This document shows positions 1 to 5,483 of a stretch of 11,370 bases of DNA, in pieces. This DNA is from Candidatus Asgardarchaeum abyssi (GTDB lineage Archaea > Asgardarchaeota > Asgardarchaeia > Asgardarchaeales > Asgardarchaeaceae): the NCBI GenBank assembly GCA_040225955.1, contig JBECUL010000063.1, positions 1 through 11,370 of the forward strand, read 5' to 3'. The translations under genes were made by a program, and so were the position numbers. Each line of letters opens with the position of its first letter. Positions within the stretch are counted from its first letter, which is position 1. The notes under the pieces were generated by a model that saw nothing but the letters and a program-made list of their open reading frames with translations, was not told where the DNA came from and did no database searches.

Positions 1-80
1 GTCCGTTGTGAAAGTAAGCATGAATGGAGGAACTTTTACTCACTTTCCTCCATGAAAACTCACAACGGACAGACCCCCTA
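1..80 (-). other. Structured element (nested inverted repeats), possibly the 5' part of an ncRNA or leader running out of the window
   Basis: Perfect 11-bp arms GTCCGTTGTGA (1-11) / TCACAACGGAC (60-70) enclose perfect 9-bp arms ATGGAGGAA (24-32) / TTCCTCCAT (45-53). It is more GC-rich than the flanking AT-rich spacer. The strand is inferred from G-U-compatible pairings and a minus-strand TATA-like sequence at about 101-108. Confidence 0.5.
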
Positions 81-126
81 CTTATATCACTTATCGATAT
101 TATTAAAAATGAGATAATTGTTTATC

Positions 127-134
127 TTTATAAA
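127..134 (+). promoter_or_regulatory. Putative archaeal TATA box for the tRNA
   Basis: TTTATAAA ending 33 nt upstream of the mature tRNA 5' end at 168, which fits a short 5' leader. Confidence 0.5.
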
Positions 135-167
135 AACAAAAATTGTAATATAACAATTACTTCAGTT

Positions 168-242
168 GGGCCCGTGGCCTAGCTTGGATAGGGCGTCGGC
201 CTCCGGAGCCGAAGATCCCGGGTTCAAGTCCCGGCGGGCCCG
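168..242 (+). tRNA. tRNA-Arg(CCG), intronless, CCA not encoded
   Basis: Acceptor stem GGGCCCG (168-174) / CGGGCCC (235-241) with discriminator G242. D-arm GCCT-AGCTTGGAT-AGGGC. Anticodon stem TCGGC/GCCGA with loop CT-CCG-GA (anticodon 203-205). T-arm CCGGG-TTCAAGT-CCCGG. 55 of 75 bases are G/C. Confidence 0.97.
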
Positions 243-358
243 TCAATTATCTGCTATGTTAGATTCTTTCAGATTCCTTAAGTTAAGTTTAGTTTATTGT
301 ATATGGCTGATGCATTAGAGGCTTCATCTACGCCAAAATTAAAGATAACAGGTGATTT

Positions 359-1684
359 ATGATGATGAATGGAAAAGTAATATTTGTGGTACTTGACGGT
401 TTGGGCGATCTGCCTGTAAGAGAACTTGGATGGAAAACACCACTTCAACACGCAAAAACTCCCAATTTAGACTACTTGGCAGATGTAGGGATTACGGGAC
501 TTATAGATATAATCTCACCAGGAGTGCCACCTGGTAGTGATAGTGCTCATTTAGCACTGTTTGGATACGATCCAATACACGAATATCCAGGTAGAGGGCC
601 CTTTGAAGCTGCAGGATATGGATTTGCACTCGAGGATAATGAAGTAGCATTTAGAGTTAACTTTGCTACCGTAGAAAATGTAGGGAAAACATTGATAGTT
701 AAGGATCGTCGCGCAGGAAGAATCTCTGGAGAGGATGCTAAAGAACTCACAGAAAGTATTAAAGAAATAACTGAAATTGATGGTGTAGAAATAAAATTTG
801 CACATACATTAGAACATCGCGGTGTGTTAATTTTTAAAGGTGAGAACCTTAGCCATGAAATAACTGATGTTGATCCACATGCTATAAACGTGCCAGTACT
901 TAAATCAGTTCCTTTGAAACATGCAAAAAATATTAGCGCTGCTGAAAAAACAGCAAATATTGTTAATAAATGGGTTAAACTTGTATATGAGAAATTAAAA
1001 GATCATCCTGTTAACATGAAACGTAAAAGAGAAGGAAAACTTCCTGCACAAATAGCATTACCTAGAGGGGCTGGAAAAAGATTTTCTATCGAATCGTTTT
1101 CGGAACGTTGGGGATTTAAACCTGTTGGAATAGCTGCAGGAGCTTTATATAAAGGTGTTGCACGAGTACTAGGTTTCGATCTAATAGATGTTCCAGGAGC
1201 TACAGGACTCCCTAATACAGATGTTTATGCAAAATTTAAATACGCTATTGATGCTCTGAAAAAATACGATTTTGTGTTTGTTCATATAAAGGGAACTGAT
1301 ACACTTAGTCATAAAAAAGACCCACTAGGAAAAGCTCGTTTTATCGAAAAAATAGATAATGCATTAGAAATTATAGTAGATGATATTAAGAGAAACGATG
1401 AACTTACATTATTAATTACAGGAGATCATACAACTCCTTCAAAGATAGGATATCATACAGGACATCCAGTACCAATTTTAATTGTAGGACCGAATGTGAG
1501 AAGGGATGACATTAAAATGTTTAATGAATTTGCAGTGCAAAAAGGAGGATTAGGAAGAATCTTAGGTCAGCATATAATGCAAATACTACTTACATATACA
1601 GGCAGAGCTTTAGAATACGGGTTAAAAGTATCCTCAAGTTCGTTAAGATATATACCACATAAGTGGAATGCTCTTGATTTTTAA
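359..1684 (+). CDS. apgM: 2,3-bisphosphoglycerate-independent phosphoglycerate mutase, archaeal type
   Basis: Motifs VVLDGLGD, KTPLQHAKTPNLD, PGSDSAHLALFGYDP (catalytic Ser), GRGPFEAAG, AFRVNFAT, DRRAGRI, HIKGTD..SH, TGDHTTP and H.GHPVP. GGTGA SD-like site at 351-355; the start is one of three tandem ATGs. Confidence 0.93.
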   Translation: MMMNGKVIFVVLDGLGDLPVRELGWKTPLQHAKTPNLDYLADVGITGLIDIISPGVPPGSDSAHLALFGYDPIHEYPGRGPFEAAGYGFALEDNEVAFRVNFATVENVGKTLIVKDRRAGRISGEDAKELTESIKEITEIDGVEIKFAHTLEHRGVLIFKGENLSHEITDVDPHAINVPVLKSVPLKHAKNISAAEKTANIVNKWVKLVYEKLKDHPVNMKRKREGKLPAQIALPRGAGKRFSIESFSERWGFKPVGIAAGALYKGVARVLGFDLIDVPGATGLPNTDVYAKFKYAIDALKKYDFVFVHIKGTDTLSHKKDPLGKARFIEKIDNALEIIVDDIKRNDELTLLITGDHTTPSKIGYHTGHPVPILIVGPNVRRDDIKMFNEFAVQKGGLGRILGQHIMQILLTYTGRALEYGLKVSSSSLRYIPHKWNALDF

Positions 1685-1702
1685 TTTCTTCTAATGCTCT
1701 TT

Positions 1703-1725
1703 GAAAACAAAAAAGAGATAAAAGA
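1703..1725 (-). terminator. Putative oligo-T archaeal terminator of the 1726-3190 operon
   Basis: The minus strand reads TCTTTTATCTCTTTTTTGTTTTC immediately after the stop codon at 1726, in the gap between convergent genes. Confidence 0.5.
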
Positions 1726-2163
1726 TTAAGCAGCCATTCCCATAAGTTCTTCTTCAACAGCAGAGAGTTCACGTCGTATCTGTACTGCTTGGCGAAGAAG
1801 CGCTGCAAACTGTCTGTCATACTCAACTGCGGAAATAACACCTGAATTATATTGTTTTTCAAGTTCCTGCATCTGCATTTTAATTTCTTCTCTTTGCCGT
1901 ATAAGTTCGTCTCTACGTTTTAATAGCTCCTGTTTTTTTTCTTCTAATTCATGAGCTGGCACAGTAACTGCTACAGTAGGCTCTGTTGTTATCTCTGCAG
2001 GCGCAGCTACCTCCTCTGGAGCTGGTTTAGCTGTTAATGGAACCACTTTAACTCTTGTTGGACGTGTATATCTGGATTGAGCTTTAAGTAACTCATCAAC
2101 ATCAAGGGGCTTAACTTTTGTGAATCTTTCAAAAAAACCTTTAATTTTAGATAAGATCCCCAT
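1726..2163 (-). CDS. Hypothetical protein: N-terminal amphipathic helix, Pro/Ala/Thr-rich linker, C-terminal coiled coil with a steadiness-box/Vps28-N/SHOCT-like helical hairpin
   Basis: 145-aa ORF whose ATG lies 1 nt after the upstream stop (TGA-A-ATG). MGILSKIKGFFERF is amphipathic; aa 42-70 are low-complexity; aa 72-142 form a heptad coil with the turn LEKQYNSGVISAVEY. The CDS is well supported, the domain call is inference. Confidence 0.8.
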   Translation of the reverse strand: MGILSKIKGFFERFTKVKPLDVDELLKAQSRYTRPTRVKVVPLTAKPAPEEVAAPAEITTEPTVAVTVPAHELEEKKQELLKRRDELIRQREEIKMQMQELEKQYNSGVISAVEYDRQFAALLRQAVQIRRELSAVEEELMGMAA

Positions 2164-2164
2164 T

Positions 2165-3190
2165 TCACAAGACCCCTAACTCTTTTGCTAGCTCATTTCT
2201 AATATCAGTTAAAATATGAAGCGCTACACTTCTCTCAATAACACCCTCATTTAACTCTCTAAGTACTTGGCGTATTAAATGCTTAGCTATTGGTGTCACA
2301 ATGGTTGGTCTGCTTATGAGATAGTAGTACTCCCCCTTTCTAACAAGGAAATTATTGCCCTCAAGTTTATCAACAGCGTCCAGAACCTCATCCTCCGTGA
2401 AATTAAGTGCTGCAATTAACTCATCTACTGTTCTTGGTTGTGATTTATCTAAATAGGAGACTATATTATAAGATACTTGATCTACAAGGGTATTTAAAAC
2501 GAGTTTTATTTCACTATCAGTTAAAGCATACTCATCAAAGAATGCCTGTACCGTAGATGTTATTTCAGTTGGAAAAGTACTAGGTGGTGTACGTCCCACC
2601 CATATGTATCTTAGTAAGTAAACAATTTCGTCATTAATACCTTGAACCCATTTCCTTGAAACTATCTGGAAATCAATAAGAGGATCTAAAATAAAATCAA
2701 CAGGTTTTTCTTTAGTGAATTTTCTAACTTCGGAAACCCTCGTATGACCTACTTCAAGTAGGTGCTGTACAACTTCATATCGGTCATCATCTAAAAGAGC
2801 TAAGGCTATTCTTTGAGGAACAGAATATTGCAAAAATGAAGTTATTTTTGCATATACCTCAGGCAATCTTTTTATTATACCTTCGTCATCTAAAGGTAAG
2901 ATTTCCCCACCCAACAGTGTTATTGCTTCTTGGTAATCCTCTCCTCTTTCTGTTGGTTCTAAGATCATCATTACAAATTTGTTTATTGTGATCCCACCAA
3001 AGTAACTAGCAATATTTAGGTCATCTACTTTCATCGTTATGAAATTTGACTCGCGGCGCTCTCCCAAGACGTGACTACCATAAACCCTCATTGTAAGTAC
3101 AGGGTTTACTTCGATATCTGGTGGATACTTAGCTATCAATTTTGTACCAATACGATCATCCCACTTGACAACAGCTATTCCAATTGGCAA
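2165..3190 (-). CDS. Longin (uDENN/NPRL2-like) domain + two winged-helix domains + C-terminal helical hairpin protein
   Basis: TTG start with a GGAGG SD at 3199-3203. The N-terminus IGIAVVKWDDRIGTKLIAKYP matches the hhhhx[FW]DxxxGxxhxxxYP beta-hairpin of uDENN/NPR2-type longins, followed by an alpha-beta3-alpha2 pattern. wHTH-like patterns at aa ~134-193 and ~237-292. Confidence 0.8.
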   Translation of the reverse strand: MPIGIAVVKWDDRIGTKLIAKYPPDIEVNPVLTMRVYGSHVLGERRESNFITMKVDDLNIASYFGGITINKFVMMILEPTERGEDYQEAITLLGGEILPLDDEGIIKRLPEVYAKITSFLQYSVPQRIALALLDDDRYEVVQHLLEVGHTRVSEVRKFTKEKPVDFILDPLIDFQIVSRKWVQGINDEIVYLLRYIWVGRTPPSTFPTEITSTVQAFFDEYALTDSEIKLVLNTLVDQVSYNIVSYLDKSQPRTVDELIAALNFTEDEVLDAVDKLEGNNFLVRKGEYYYLISRPTIVTPIAKHLIRQVLRELNEGVIERSVALHILTDIRNELAKELGVL

Positions 3191-3198
3191 TTACAAGT

Positions 3199-3203
3199 CC
3201 TCC
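3199..3203 (-). promoter_or_regulatory. Shine-Dalgarno site supporting the TTG start at 3190
   Basis: The minus strand reads AGGATAGGAGGACTTGTAA-TTG, with GGAGG 8 nt before the start codon. Confidence 0.7.
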
Positions 3204-3394
3204 TATCCTATAAATTAAAATTTGGAAATCTAACTTAAATACTTAACTTATAACATAAATAATTAATTACTATCATTTCAAAAGGACAGCTATGGAAACT
3301 AATCAGTATATATAGTGTATTTTGTACTATTTTAATGTTTACTATAAGCAAAGAATAAGATGGCAAGCAGATAATTTAAAAGTAGTAATCCCGA

Positions 3395-4146
3395 CTAAAA
3401 AAGACTTTTGAGTGGAACGTTTATTTTCTTTGGAACTAATGATAATACATAACGTGTGGTCTTTGGAGCAAAGAGAAAAACTGATTTGGCACGTTCAATA
3501 ATTTCCTTTTTAGTTGGTATAGATCTATAAAAATAGGTGGAAGCTTCTCCCGTCTATAGCAATTTTTCAGCACCATTTAGGATATCGACATATCCAAATT
3601 TTATTTCTGGATAGGACATAAGATGATGGATTATTTTCTTCCGACACAAATATATATCATCGTATCATATAAAAACCGCATACTTTAAATTACTTTTATG
3701 ATGTATTAGCCAAAAGCAGCCTCCTTATTATTAACCATTTCAATTGCGGCCTCTTTTTTTATCTATAAATTCTATCTCAATTCTGCTGAGTTTTTCATTT
3801 TATCAATTAAATCTTCAATTGAGCTTTTAATAAAGGGATACCATGTATATACTTTGATCTCTGGGTTATCAATATACTTCAAAGCTATACAAGGCATTCT
3901 TTTAGCACATAGTTTCTTTAACCCAGCTCACCTGTGACGACCATCTAAAAATATATTATCTTCTTTAGCAACTAGTGTAGCTTTCCAAAATATTTATGAT
4001 GAGGCAACACTATCTATAAAGGCTTGAAGTTTATGAGAGTCTAATTCTTCATGAGGTTTTAATTCATCAAGGTCTATAAATTCGATTAGGAATTCAACCT
4101 CTGGTTTTGGTCCGATCTCTTCAAATCGAATCTCAACGAAACCCAT
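3395..4146 (-). pseudogene. serK: Decayed ADP-dependent L-serine kinase (SerK, ParB/sulfiredoxin fold)
   Basis: Manual translation from ATG 4146 gives MGFVEIRFEEIGPKPEVEFLIEFIDLDELKPHEELDSHKLQAFIDSVASS*IFWKATLVAKEDNIFLDGRHR*AGLKKLCAKRMPCIALKYIDNPEIKVYTWYPFIK, and after frameshifts PTKKEIIERAKSVFLFAPKTTRYVLSLVPKKINVPLKSLF* (TAG 3395-3397). This matches the recalled SerK motifs KPHE, GIFWKP, DGHHRWAGL, VKVYTWYP and FSPKTTRHVL. It carries four in-frame stops and about four frameshifts. Confidence 0.9.
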
Positions 4147-4242
4147 TAACAACTACCGTATTCACTCAAAAAGTTTATTTAAACTAGCGTTAAAGAGATT
4201 ATTGCTTTTTATAAAAGTTTGGCTAAAAATTTTGGTGATTTT

Positions 4243-4593
4243 ATGAAAAATCAGATAATAATTTCACGTAATTTATTATATGGATTATTAATAGTTTCAA
4301 TTGTATTGAATTTCTTCCTTCAGACATTCATTTTTCTAACATTTAGCATAATAGTATTGCAAATTATTGTAGCGTATGGTTTAATTAATCAGAAAAAAAA
4401 GGTTTTAACTCATCTTAAAGTTCTTATCAGCATAATAATTTTCTTGTCAATTCCAGAAATTCTAATTACGTATATAATCTATATGCCTTTTTTTCTTAAT
4501 GAAACATTACTCTTTATGCTTCCCAGTATCTTCATTATTATCGTTAGAAATGCAATTCTTATTTTTATAACAAAATATAAAGATGTTTTCTAA
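4243..4593 (+). CDS. Small integral membrane protein (about 4 TM helices), function unknown
   Basis: Almost entirely hydrophobic I/L/F stretches separated by short basic loops (NQKKKV). ATG 4243, preceded by GGTGA (4234-4238), is preferred over the TTG at 4219. Confidence 0.6.
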   Translation: MKNQIIISRNLLYGLLIVSIVLNFFLQTFIFLTFSIIVLQIIVAYGLINQKKKVLTHLKVLISIIIFLSIPEILITYIIYMPFFLNETLLFMLPSIFIIIVRNAILIFITKYKDVF

Positions 4594-4680
4594 TGATAAA
4601 ATATTTACTAAAAATGTTAAAGAAAAAAATAAAAGAATAAAGAGAAGATTCCACATATGTAATTAAGTTGGGTGTAACAG

Positions 4681-5343
4681 ATGTTCATTATAATGCTTGG
4701 CCCACCAGGTGCAGGGAAGGGAACACAAGCAAGAAACATCTCGAAAAAGCTAAATATACCTCACATAGCCTCAGGAGACATTCTAAGAGAAAGAGTAAGA
4801 ATAGCAGATGACGAGTTAAGTAAAAAGATACGTGAACACATGTTAAGAGGCGAACTCGTTCCAGACGATATTGTAATTAAGATTATACATGATAGACTAT
4901 CGCAGAATGATTGTGAGCATGGTGCTGTTCTCGATGGATATCCTAGAACATTAGCGCAAGCAAAAGCTCTTGACGCTTTCTTAGAAAGCAAAAACAAAAG
5001 GGTTGAAATAGTGATAAATTTGGACGTGCCAGACGATGAGGTAATAAAAAGACTGACATATAGACGCCTCTGTCCAAAATGTAATAGGATCTATCATTTA
5101 TTGTTCAACCCTCCAAAAAATAACGAATTATGTGACATATGTAATGTTAAATTAATTCAAAGAATAGACGACCGCGAAGATATTGTAAAAAAGCGCTTGG
5201 AGGAATATAGAAATCGAACATCATCTCTTATAAATTATTATGCAGAAAAACATATATTATACATTGTTAATGGAGTTAATGATATTAATAGAATATTTAA
5301 CAATATCATATTTCTAATAGAGGAAGCTATCAAACCCGTTTAA
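4681..5343 (+). CDS. adk: Adenylate kinase, long (bacterial-type) form with zinc-binding LID
   Basis: P-loop GPPGAGKGTQA; motifs HIASGDILR, GELVPDD, LDGYPRT..QA and QR.DD; LID C-x2-C-x16-C-x2-C (CPKC...CDIC). Confidence 0.95.
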   Translation: MFIIMLGPPGAGKGTQARNISKKLNIPHIASGDILRERVRIADDELSKKIREHMLRGELVPDDIVIKIIHDRLSQNDCEHGAVLDGYPRTLAQAKALDAFLESKNKRVEIVINLDVPDDEVIKRLTYRRLCPKCNRIYHLLFNPPKNNELCDICNVKLIQRIDDREDIVKKRLEEYRNRTSSLINYYAEKHILYIVNGVNDINRIFNNIIFLIEEAIKPV

Positions 5344-5483
5344 CACCATTATTAATTAAACCTACGAAAAGATATATTACAAAAAACAATTTATAGAAAA
5401 AAAATTAAAAAAATAATAGTTAAATAGAACAAGAAAATAACTTTCTAGGTAGGAGGTTTGTATAATATAGTAGGTGTACAATT

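Noticed and set aside
38-52. RNase P RNA, suggested by GAGGAAAGU on the minus strand
   Set aside because: The motif continues GAG rather than CC and is buried in a local hairpin. No other conserved RNase P region is in the window.
19-57. Eukaryote-like SECIS on the plus strand (AUGAA…UGAA flanking a stem)
   Set aside because: The helix is only 8-9 bp, the apical loop lacks the unpaired AA motif, and no selenoprotein gene is visible in the window. It cannot be fully excluded without the upstream sequence.
200-358. tRNA used as an integration site for a mobile element
   Set aside because: No duplicate of the tRNA 3' end, integrase or transposase was seen, and the downstream gene is housekeeping apgM.
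547-805. Antisense ORFs 547-750 and 551-805
   Set aside because: They lie wholly opposite apgM and have no SD site or recognisable motif; shadow ORFs.
1590-1862. 90-aa minus-strand ORF
   Set aside because: It overlaps both apgM (antisense) and the 145-aa gene in another frame; the 145-aa frame is the one coupled to its neighbour.
3231-3250. Direct repeat TAACTTA x2 upstream of the longin operon
   Set aside because: It is short and AT-only apart from one C, and is expected by chance at this base composition.
3554-3996. Recoding (selenocysteine, pyrrolysine or an alternative genetic code) as the explanation for the serK stops
   Set aside because: All three stop types occur, at least two at positions expected to be Gly and Trp, together with several frameshifts. 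Neighbouring genes use TAA, TAG and TGA as normal stops.
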